This document shows, in pieces, positions 50,034-57,847 of a DNA stretch of 64,000 nucleotides (the stretch's first letter is position 1; each line of letters begins with the position of its first letter). This DNA comes from a virus, in the IMG/VR virus record IMGVR_UViG_3300002925_000021, positions 15,884 to 79,883 of that record, one strand, 5' to 3'. The notes under the pieces are model-generated. The model saw only the letters and a program-made list of their open reading frames with translations, was not told the origin of the DNA and did no database searches. The translations under genes were made by a program, and so were the position numbers.

Positions 50034-50170
50034 CCTAACCACCAGTCGCAACCGACTCTGTAATGCTTGGGAACTCTGCAACTGCAATCTTCTCCTCTGA
50101 CGGCGAGGGGTGAGTTGCCGAACTGGGAATTCATGGTTCAGACTTGATGGTTACGGCCATATCGGAAGTT

Positions 50171-50863
50171 CTAACTGTAGTAGTGCTTCATGTAGATGCT
50201 TTTGCTTAGCCCATAATCGATCAGAACAAGCCTTCCGTCCTTTGTGATGCCCCACGATGAAACCTTGGCAAAATCACCTGGAAGCATGTCGCATTCTTTC
50301 ATTATTTGAATCAACATTTTGACAAATGGGTTCTGGAGCATCTGTTCGTAACCTGGTGGTTCAAACTGCCGATGTCTTGCACTTTGCATGTTTTCGGCAT
50401 ACCAATAGGTTAGAACAGCTCGTAGCTTCCCGACATCTAGACCTGTCTGTTGTTTGAAGGCGGTATCCGAAGCAAGGAGTTTAGCCCGTTCCATCACAAT
50501 CCAATCGTAATTCGGACTTGCTTTGAATATCTTGGCAAATACCCCCTTGATGCTGGTGCAGTCTTTAACCCTTGCTTCCATCTCGTTCTGTTCTCTACCG
50601 GCTTCATTAACAGCCAGTTTCAAGACCATGGTACTGTTAAGCAGAAAGACCGTCCTAGCCGTACCTTCTCCCAGAAGCTTCAAGCCCTGAGCATGACAAT
50701 ATGCCAGACGTTCTTCGTACGTTGGTAGGCTGGAAAGTATTCCCAAAGAGAAGGTTGGTGTCTTTGCCGTGGAATTCCTTGCCACTGTCTTTCGAAGACT
50801 CCTAGTGTCTTCCCGAACCATGGAACGTATGAACAAAGGTAGTCGATTCTTATAGATGGACAT
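50171..50863 (-). CDS. Protein-kinase-like fold protein
   Basis: GEGTARTV, VLK, QN..E, VMERA, GD....SWG, LIDYG. Confidence 0.7.
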   Translation of the reverse strand: MSIYKNRLPLFIRSMVREDTRSLRKTVARNSTAKTPTFSLGILSSLPTYEERLAYCHAQGLKLLGEGTARTVFLLNSTMVLKLAVNEAGREQNEMEARVKDCTSIKGVFAKIFKASPNYDWIVMERAKLLASDTAFKQQTGLDVGKLRAVLTYWYAENMQSARHRQFEPPGYEQMLQNPFVKMLIQIMKECDMLPGDFAKVSSWGITKDGRLVLIDYGLSKSIYMKHYYS

Positions 50864-50876
50864 GTTATTCCAAGCT

Positions 50877-51551
50877 TTACTTCGGAATAGCCTGAAGTCC
50901 TTCGTTGAGCATTTCGATGTTCTTTTTCAGAACATCTTCGGCCAACTTTTCAATAAACGACTGAGCAGGGTAGCTATAACCCTCAAAAGTGAAATGGCGT
51001 TCTGCCCTTGGCAGAGCACCATTCTTTAGAGCTTTGTTTTGCTTGGAACGGAATTCTGAATAGGCTTGCGCAATGGTCATAGGGTTGAATTCCCCAAGGT
51101 CCAACGTTTCTCCGTTCTTGAAGAACAACTTAACCGTCCCGCCAGTTTCAGGTCCGGCATATACCACAGCATCTTGGTCAAATCTTTTACCTAAGTCCGT
51201 AGCTGTCTTCTGGTTAATCTTGAAGACCATCAAAGACGGTTCAATGCTGTCCTTCAACTGTTCTGGTGGACACTTATCGTAATCCACATTCGGGTCTTGA
51301 CACTCCTGCCAATGGCCACGAAGCTGGATGTAACCAAGACCATTCGATCGCACAAAATTTTTGAGAGCTGAAAAGTTCGTCAGATTCGTATTTTTATCGT
51401 TCGCTTGACGCCAAGAAGTCAGAATGGCAAATCCCTCATCCTTGGCCTTTTGAACGTGCGACATGATACGACTCAAAGAACTTTCAAAAAGCTTTGCCTT
51501 TTCTCTCTTTAACTGTGCTTCAAGGATTTCTCTAAGATTGTCAATGGTCAT
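50877..51551 (-). CDS. Conserved phage protein with leader (DUF3293-like)
   Basis: SSLSR..., FAILTSWR, G.G.I...G.W.E, E.S..V, F.QDAV. Confidence 0.6.
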   Translation of the reverse strand: MTIDNLREILEAQLKREKAKLFESSLSRIMSHVQKAKDEGFAILTSWRQANDKNTNLTNFSALKNFVRSNGLGYIQLRGHWQECQDPNVDYDKCPPEQLKDSIEPSLMVFKINQKTATDLGKRFDQDAVVYAGPETGGTVKLFFKNGETLDLGEFNPMTIAQAYSEFRSKQNKALKNGALPRAERHFTFEGYSYPAQSFIEKLAEDVLKKNIEMLNEGLQAIPK

Positions 51552-51598
51552 ATCTTTAAATACTCCGTGTTCAAACGATAATTGCAGGGAATCTAATT

Positions 51599-51762
51599 TT
51601 GATATCCTCCCCGGCCTGAAGACCGTAGGTTCCTACGGAACTAAGGCAGCCTGTCCGACCATAGGCCGCCTCAGATTCTAGGCGGCTGAAGTATTCTAGG
51701 ACGTCTACGCCTTCCGCGCAACCCCCTCCTTTCAATAAACGGCGAGGATTTCCCAGCACCGG
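51599..51762 (-). mobile_element. ORF-less IS200/IS605-type mini element (long form, 164 nt)
   Basis: TTGAC|ccggtgctgggaaatcctcgccgttta...ttgcgcggaaggcg...gaatacttcagccgcct...ggaacctacggtcttcaggccggggaggatatcaa. Confidence 0.8.
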
Positions 51763-51817
51763 GTCAATTGCCAAGGAACGATTGAGTTGGACGTACACCT
51801 ATCGTAGACTTTTGCAT

Positions 51818-52372
51818 CTAACCTTCCCAGCAAATCTGACAACGTGGTTCGTAGGCCTCTGTACCTCCGATGAAGTTAACTTCCTTGTTTTCTACCTTCC
51901 GGTAGGTTCGGTTGGCATCCGAACGGCAAATCACGCAAATTGCCTTGAGCTTGGTGACATCATCAGCTTTAGCCAAGACCATTGGTAGGGCACCAAATGG
52001 CTTCCCAAAGCTATCAAGGTCAAGTCCCGCACATATAACGCGGACACCAGCACCAATTAACCGGTCAATCTCTTTTTCTAACCACTCCGTATTGAAGAAC
52101 TGGACTTCATCAAAACCAACAAGGTCCAAGGCATCCAGATCCAGCCTCAGAGGTTCTTCCTGAGTAAAGACCGGTTCTGGTTTGATGCCCGTCGCTACTT
52201 CAAGGTCTGTCTTGGCATGGGACATGATCCTCCCCACCCCATACCTGTAATCCATTCCAGGCTTGAATACCCTGATATTCTGTTCGGCAAGGGCGGCTCT
52301 CTTGACTCGACGTATAAGTTCTTCCGTCTTCCCAGCAAACATCGGACCGCATATTACTTCAAGTTTCGCCAT
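51818..52372 (-). CDS. tdk: Thymidine kinase
   Basis: GPMFAGKTEEL, DEVQF, GLD.D..G.PF, CxxC...CxxC. Confidence 0.95.
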   Translation of the reverse strand: MAKLEVICGPMFAGKTEELIRRVKRAALAEQNIRVFKPGMDYRYGVGRIMSHAKTDLEVATGIKPEPVFTQEEPLRLDLDALDLVGFDEVQFFNTEWLEKEIDRLIGAGVRVICAGLDLDSFGKPFGALPMVLAKADDVTKLKAICVICRSDANRTYRKVENKEVNFIGGTEAYEPRCQICWEG

Positions 52373-52479
52373 GGTTCTCAGTATAGTACATAGACCTGGC
52401 TTGCTTGAAGGCCTTATGATGCTTTCTGCCGATTCTTATAAGATGTGTTCCCCCTTCTTGGCAACACGTTTTGTTGGTC

Positions 52480-52752
52480 CTATGTGAACCTCTGAAGTTT
52501 TGCTGGAACCTGCGAACGTGCTTTGCTGGTGAGACTCCGAATGTCTGGGGTATTGTTGTGGTAGCCCCTGCTGGTTTGCCCATTCTGGGCTTCAGCTGCC
52601 TTCTGGATTTCCTCGTTGATCCTTTTTATCAACCATCTCTTGTAGGCTACAGGGAACTTGTAGTAGTCCCCCCAGTGAGACATGCCAAAATAGTAGCCCA
52701 GAAGGAAGAATGGTTCAAGGATAAGAGCAACTCTATCCTGCGGTGTTAGGCC
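52480..52752 (-). CDS. Tail assembly chaperone C-terminal extension (probably reached by frameshift)
   Basis: Frame open from the T7 tract: GLTPQDRVALILEPFFLLGYYFGM...YKFPVAYKRWLIKRI. Confidence 0.6.
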   Translation of the reverse strand, partial: GLTPQDRVALILEPFFLLGYYFGMSHWGDYYKFPVAYKRWLIKRINEEIQKAAEAQNGQTSRGYHNNTPDIRSLTSKARSQVPAKLQRFT

Positions 52753-53611
52753 AAAAAAAGGCTGCCGTCATCGGCAGTGCTACAACCTCCGAATGGCCGC
52801 AATTCTTGCACTCGAACGGGTGGCGCATGTCAATTCCCGGTTCGTGCTTGTCAATGTACTGCCTCAAAGCCAGCGAATCCCGAGCTTGCATGAAAGTGAT
52901 AAGTTTACTGATCTTTGACCTATCGGTCTCTCCATCAATAGAAAGAATCGAGTAGAACAACCTCGTCGTCACCACGTTGCTGTTCTGAAGCCCCTTTTTC
53001 TTCTTGTTCTCCATCAAAGCAAGGATCTCTTCCTCTTCCTTCCCCGTCAGGAACCGGAAAATTACCGTCCTGCCAGAGACAGGCAGCTTGAAGGCAAACT
53101 CATTTTGACCTGGAACCACTGGTTCAATATCCAAGGTCTTAACCTCCAGGTCGGAGAGGTTTACAGCAAACTCCTGTCGGGTCTCGCAAGAAGGGCACTG
53201 AATCATTGGATTATATTCAGCCCCATATCCCGTAATACGAATGGCCACCATCAGGGCATTTCGGTCACCAGAGAGGAGGTCATTCACTGAAATGTTTGGA
53301 TCAAGAAGACAGGAGCGAATCAACTCCGTGATGACTGTCCCCTTCTTGATGAGAGCCGGGGAAGTCAAAATATCCTCCTCCTGGGTGGTCATGCCCTTGA
53401 TGTCCACACTGTCTTTCCCATGCAGAGGAGACTCGGTAGGATACACCAAGCCTCTACTGGGCAAAGGAACACTGGCACTTGGAATATCAATCCCAAGTTC
53501 CTTCTTGGCTACCTCCACCCTGGACACCACCCCTGGTTCCCGAGCACCTTCAACGCTTGCTCTGGCAGTGAAAATTGAGTTCTTTACTTCTCTTGCCTCT
53601 TCTGGCGTCAT
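52733..53611 (-). CDS. Baseplate hub assembly / tail assembly chaperone
   Basis: LPSRG..Y, MTT.EEDIL, GDR.A....IRITGYG.EY, CPSC, C.NCG, ends FFWP. Confidence 0.75.
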   Translation of the reverse strand: MTPEEAREVKNSIFTARASVEGAREPGVVSRVEVAKKELGIDIPSASVPLPSRGLVYPTESPLHGKDSVDIKGMTTQEEDILTSPALIKKGTVITELIRSCLLDPNISVNDLLSGDRNALMVAIRITGYGAEYNPMIQCPSCETRQEFAVNLSDLEVKTLDIEPVVPGQNEFAFKLPVSGRTVIFRFLTGKEEEEILALMENKKKKGLQNSNVVTTRLFYSILSIDGETDRSKISKLITFMQARDSLALRQYIDKHEPGIDMRHPFECKNCGHSEVVALPMTAAFFWPNTAG

Positions 53612-53705
53612 TGTTTTCTCCGATTTGCTTTAGCTTGCACGATGGCACAACTTTTGTGTGCTATTTGGTTCTAGCTATTAGCTGAAGAAAAAAATGGAAG
53701 GGAAA

Positions 53706-54137
53706 TCAACGCTTTTGGTTTTCAGTTGCAAGAAGTATAAGCAAGTTCATGAGCTTCCTAGGCTGCTTAAACGGGAAATGAGGCAACTCTATCATGCTTT
53801 CGGAAAGCATCATTGTTTCACTCTTCCCCACCGGAATACCTTGGAGAATCTTTACAGCCACAGGATTGGAGGGAAAGGATTGAAGAGTTCTATTCAGGAA
53901 GTCTTTCACTGAATCAGGGATTTCATATGAAGCTTCAGGGGAGAAAGTTGTACTTGGTTTGAACTGGAAAGGGTTGTAATAAGGATATTGCTGCCCCTTG
54001 TTTCTTCGCTGTTCGATTTCAGCTGGATGAAACCTGGAAATACGATATTTCTGAATATGAAGCTTTTTCCTGTAGTACTCGTGAAGAGCCTCCTGAATCA
54101 GGACGGTAAGCATAGCTGTGAGTTCCCTTTTTTTCAT
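53706..54137 (-). CDS. Hypothetical protein with N-terminal leader
   Basis: MKKRELTAMLTVLIQEAL. Confidence 0.6.
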   Translation of the reverse strand: MKKRELTAMLTVLIQEALHEYYRKKLHIQKYRISRFHPAEIEQRRNKGQQYPYYNPFQFKPSTTFSPEASYEIPDSVKDFLNRTLQSFPSNPVAVKILQGIPVGKSETMMLSESMIELPHFPFKQPRKLMNLLILLATENQKR

Positions 54138-54142
54138 TGGCG

Positions 54143-54853
54143 TTACTTTTTGTAGTATGCTAGATTCACGGCTTCAGTAAAGCCTGAATCCAGAATAACC
54201 GGTCTGTCTCCAATGACCCCCCAGGAATCCAGTTTGGCAATGTCCCCGGGTTCATACTTGCATTCTTGGATAATCCTAACAATACGACTAAAAAAAGGAT
54301 TCCGAGAGGCTTGAATGAAATTCTGCTTATCAAACTCGGATACGTTCCGAGCTTTACTATGAAACGCCCCCTTGAGACCTGATTGGAATGTACGCCATGG
54401 TAAACCTGTAAGCTTTTCAAACGCTTCAGGGGTCATAGGAGAAGCCTCCTCAGTAACCAACCAGAAGTTATTTGGGGACACTTCAAAAACTTTCGGGAAT
54501 AGGTTGGTAACAACCGAGGCGCTAGAACAGACATGAGATTCAGCCTCGTTCTGGCCTATTCCGCCAGGGTTTTTGGCCATTTTCAAAACCTTGCCACCAC
54601 CAAGTTTATAAACTACTCTCCCTTGACCCTCGCCAATTTTATCACTTTCCAAAGTGGAATTAACATACCAAAGAGCTTGGTCAAGGTCGTTGATCTTGCG
54701 AAGCTGATCCAGATTAAATCCTTGTTCCCAATCCACTGCTTTTGCTGAAGGCTTTACTTTGGTGATTTTGCGAGTAGCATCATCAAATTCTTCATGCATA
54801 TACGCTTCTAGGACGGCTTCAACGTATTCAATCAACGTAATAGATTTTTTCAT
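54143..54853 (-). CDS. Protein-kinase-like fold protein
   Basis: GEGQGRVVY, VLK, QN..E, VTEEA, GD....SWG, ILDSG. Confidence 0.7.
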   Translation of the reverse strand: MKKSITLIEYVEAVLEAYMHEEFDDATRKITKVKPSAKAVDWEQGFNLDQLRKINDLDQALWYVNSTLESDKIGEGQGRVVYKLGGGKVLKMAKNPGGIGQNEAESHVCSSASVVTNLFPKVFEVSPNNFWLVTEEASPMTPEAFEKLTGLPWRTFQSGLKGAFHSKARNVSEFDKQNFIQASRNPFFSRIVRIIQECKYEPGDIAKLDSWGVIGDRPVILDSGFTEAVNLAYYKK

Positions 54854-54990
54854 TTTTTTGTTCCAGTCTGCCAGGCACTATTTGGCAATAAAGTGTCGGG
54901 GGAGAACGAGACCAGACCATCTTAGGTTCGCTCACACCTTTAGGTAAATAGGTGGAAAATGCGCTTGGGCATGGGCATACTTCAAATGTC

Positions 54991-55965
54991 ATGAACACTA
55001 CTGCTTCGAATCCACAGTCAAAGCCTTTCCTTAGCTTGATGAATGAATTGAAGGGAAAGACTGGAATTGATCTCCGTGAAGAACTATGTCGGATCTTTGA
55101 TTCTCAAAAACCAACAGGGATTCCCTGTCCAGTCCCAGGTTGCACCCACACAAAGTCATTTGTAAGCTGGGGTGAATTGTACGACCATTTTCTTGATGGC
55201 GGGCACAAACGAGACTTCTTTAACCTCTACCGGGAGAGGTATCACCGACCTTATAGCCCTGCCAGCGGACTGGAGTTCAAGTACGGTGTTATGGCTTTGA
55301 TGCTGGCTCAGATCATGCAACCAACTAGCGTTGATGACGCTTCCAAGGTTATCCGAACCCGCAAACCAAAGCCGAAGAAAACAACTGCGGAACTCATTGA
55401 GGGCATTCCTCAGCGTCCGAAGAGGGTAAAGCGTACAGAGGTTCAAGTGTCACTCCCTGGCCTCCAAGAGGCTTCAGAGGGGACCGTTGGAGAGAAGGCG
55501 GAACATGGTCCAGCCGAGATCCCTGTGGTTGTAGAATCCACTTCTGCATCTGTTGCTGTTCTTCCTCATAGAAACACAGGTGCATTTCATAAGGTGGCCG
55601 AGTTCATCCGGAATTCGGATGAAATCAACCTTGTTTGGAGAGGGAAGGTGCTGGAAATGTACATTGAGATGTTCCACGGCATCCCACCCTGTTTTCACTG
55701 CCGTTCAGCAGAAGGAAAACAGATTCACCACCAAAACCCTTTGTTCCATGAGATTGTCCTGCTTATGTTAAGCAAGCTTGGGACTACAGCAGAAAAGGTC
55801 TGGGAAGCAAAGGAACAAGGTAATGAAATCCCTCTTCAAACCGTCTTGAAGGAAGTAACGGCATACCATATGAAGGAAGGTAGAGTCCTTGCAGTGCCCT
55901 ACTGTTCAGACTGCAATCAAGATGCAGAACTGAAGAGAAGAACAAGAAAGAAAAAGGGTTGTTAA
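54991..55965 (+). CDS. Zinc-finger plus HNH-like protein
   Basis: N-terminal CxxxxC...H..H finger; C-terminal CxxC...IHH.NP...CxxCN. Confidence 0.55.
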   Translation: MNTTASNPQSKPFLSLMNELKGKTGIDLREELCRIFDSQKPTGIPCPVPGCTHTKSFVSWGELYDHFLDGGHKRDFFNLYRERYHRPYSPASGLEFKYGVMALMLAQIMQPTSVDDASKVIRTRKPKPKKTTAELIEGIPQRPKRVKRTEVQVSLPGLQEASEGTVGEKAEHGPAEIPVVVESTSASVAVLPHRNTGAFHKVAEFIRNSDEINLVWRGKVLEMYIEMFHGIPPCFHCRSAEGKQIHHQNPLFHEIVLLMLSKLGTTAEKVWEAKEQGNEIPLQTVLKEVTAYHMKEGRVLAVPYCSDCNQDAELKRRTRKKKGC

Positions 55966-55972
55966 CCTATTC

Positions 55973-56461
55973 TCAGAACTGTAGAACAGCGTTGTCGTAA
56001 CGGATAGTCAGAGAAATTTCTGTCTGATCCGATCCTTCGTAGCTAACATCGTTGAAGTTCGCTTCCGTAATCCAAGCCCCCTTGATGTCCCAAAGCTGGA
56101 CAACAGTTCCAACAGGATCCAGCATTTTAAGCTGGATATCCCGTTTGTAAAAATCCGCGTATCCAGACCGGCCGGATACGGACTCGTAGCATAGTCGCAG
56201 CCACTCCATGACTTGCTGAGCACCACTTGGGCCAATGGCATCGTGAAGTGTCACGGTCATGGTGTTGAAAGTGGTCTTACCAGCAATGTAGCGAGTGGTA
56301 TTGATCCAGTTGATTGCCACTTCTTCCGTAGTGAACGTCGGACGAGATGCCGTCTTCACAAGAAATGCATCCACACCCTCAATTGCCAAAAGGAATTGCC
56401 TCTTAGCCAAGGGCTGGAACTTTGTGGCCAGCATGTCTTCTACGCCGAGTGTGGTTGCCAT
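55973..56461 (-). CDS. Tail tube protein (T4 gp19-like)
   Basis: F.L.I.G, K.A.RP, AGK..F..MTVT..D, WL, YKRDI.L..LDP.G..V..W.I.GAW. Confidence 0.9.
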   Translation of the reverse strand: MATTLGVEDMLATKFQPLAKRQFLLAIEGVDAFLVKTASRPTFTTEEVAINWINTTRYIAGKTTFNTMTVTLHDAIGPSGAQQVMEWLRLCYESVSGRSGYADFYKRDIQLKMLDPVGTVVQLWDIKGAWITEANFNDVSYEGSDQTEISLTIRYDNAVLQF

Positions 56462-56495
56462 CGTATTTTCCCCTTTTCAATCCGGATTTAATTCG

Positions 56496-56501
56496 TAAGT
56501 A
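56496..56501 (-). promoter_or_regulatory. Candidate late promoter TACTTA (tail tube)
   Basis: 35 nt upstream of the tube start; same TATACTTAC context as at 60881 and 34465. Confidence 0.5.
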
Positions 56502-56507
56502 TACGAG

Positions 56508-56813
56508 TTACTTCCTTTTCCGCCGACCACGCTTCGCTTCCGATATCCCGGAAATATCCGCGTTATCCGGCTTCAGACCCGCCTTCGCTAGAACACCATC
56601 GGCTTGCTCAATATGGTGAATAGCCGCATCAATCACTGAAGAAGGCACATTCGTTCCATGTGCCGCCATGATTCTGCCAGTAACCATCATAAGAAGCTGT
56701 GTCGCGTCATCCAGTTGATCGTCAGAAGCCGGAATATCCTCCATAGCTTCCTTGATGGCCGAACGAACAGCCTCCCGGATAACAGTCCCAAGTCCCCTCA
56801 TGATTACACCCAT
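56508..56813 (-). CDS. Hypothetical protein with leader
   Basis: LGTVIREAVRSAIKEA. Confidence 0.6.
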   Translation of the reverse strand: MGVIMRGLGTVIREAVRSAIKEAMEDIPASDDQLDDATQLLMMVTGRIMAAHGTNVPSSVIDAAIHHIEQADGVLAKAGLKPDNADISGISEAKRGRRKRK

Positions 56814-57841
56814 TCCCAGCCAAGAACATCCAGGATGGAACTCGCCAGTTCCTCTGCCTTTTCATCCTCGGACGACATGAGAGCACGCAAAACACGAGCC
56901 ATACCTTCTCCAGTCTTCATAAGGTTCATAGCCTTCATCTGGCCCATGCCAGCAGCCTCCACAGCATCCACAAAAGTCTCCAAGTCAGAACCTCGAAGTT
57001 CCATATCCCAACCGCCCAGGTCATCAATGGCTTGCTGAAGTTCCTCTGAAGACGGAATCTGGCCAAACGTTGATGAACTCCTCTTTGACGCACTTTCAGT
57101 GCGATAAGCCTTTTTTAGCGTTCTCGACTTGGAAACCCTTCTATTTTCCGTCAGACCAGCAACCTGACCAAGGGTGTGAATTCCGCGAGAATTGCCAGCA
57201 AGCTCGGCATAATCTTTGTCGTGAACGTCACAGACCATATCTTCCCAACCTTCTTCAGCAGCAAAGATCGGGTTAAGGCCCATACGTTCAGCTTCAGAAC
57301 GGCTCATATGGTCAACGCAATAAACACTACCATCACTGTCGGTATAACCGACAATTTCACTGGCATGCATCTCCCTCAGAACCTTCTTGACTGTCCTTCG
57401 GATGCTTTCAGCGAGGTGACCTGAAGAAATTCTGGTCACCTTTCGAACTGCATGTCGTTCTAGACGTGCTTTAGCCATTCCCTTGTGAACAGCCTCGGCG
57501 ATAAGCTTTTCAAGACTACCCTTTGTTGTTTTTCTCTTATCCATTATATCCTCCTCTTCCATCAACCCCAAATCATCTGCCTTATCCAAGGCATTTTGAA
57601 TTTCCGCCCTACTCCATCCCTGAAATTCCGGAGATGAAGCGATAAAATCGACGAAAGCATCATCCCGACGGGCATCTGGCGCAAAAACAATAGCGTCTAC
57701 AGCCGCTTCCCGATTTTGGGGGATTTCTAACCATCCAACCATGGCCTTGATGTCTCCAGGTTCAATAAAGTGTGTCTTAAAAGACCGAGAGAACATTTCG
57801 GCATCACGCACAGGATTGAACTTGCTATTTCTGTTTCTCAT
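56804..57841 (-). CDS. Hypothetical multi-segment protein with internal leader-like repeats
   Basis: LEKLIAEAV and LAESIRRTVKKVLRE segments; CxxH...CxxH motif. Confidence 0.6.
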   Translation of the reverse strand: MRNRNSKFNPVRDAEMFSRSFKTHFIEPGDIKAMVGWLEIPQNREAAVDAIVFAPDARRDDAFVDFIASSPEFQGWSRAEIQNALDKADDLGLMEEEDIMDKRKTTKGSLEKLIAEAVHKGMAKARLERHAVRKVTRISSGHLAESIRRTVKKVLREMHASEIVGYTDSDGSVYCVDHMSRSEAERMGLNPIFAAEEGWEDMVCDVHDKDYAELAGNSRGIHTLGQVAGLTENRRVSKSRTLKKAYRTESASKRSSSTFGQIPSSEELQQAIDDLGGWDMELRGSDLETFVDAVEAAGMGQMKAMNLMKTGEGMARVLRALMSSEDEKAEELASSILDVLGWEWV

Positions 57842-57847
57842 TTTGTA

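Noticed and set aside
50078-50118. Hairpin gcaact...agttgc between convergent genes as a ribozyme
   Set aside because: No hammerhead, HDV/theta or twister core could be fitted; best explained as a terminator-like stem.
51571-51798. Track ORFs overlapping mini elements (also 11350-11691, 20072-20329, 21056-21256, 1835-2137)
   Set aside because: They are readings through structured non-coding elements; only the last few residues echo a TnpB tail and no RuvC motifs are present.
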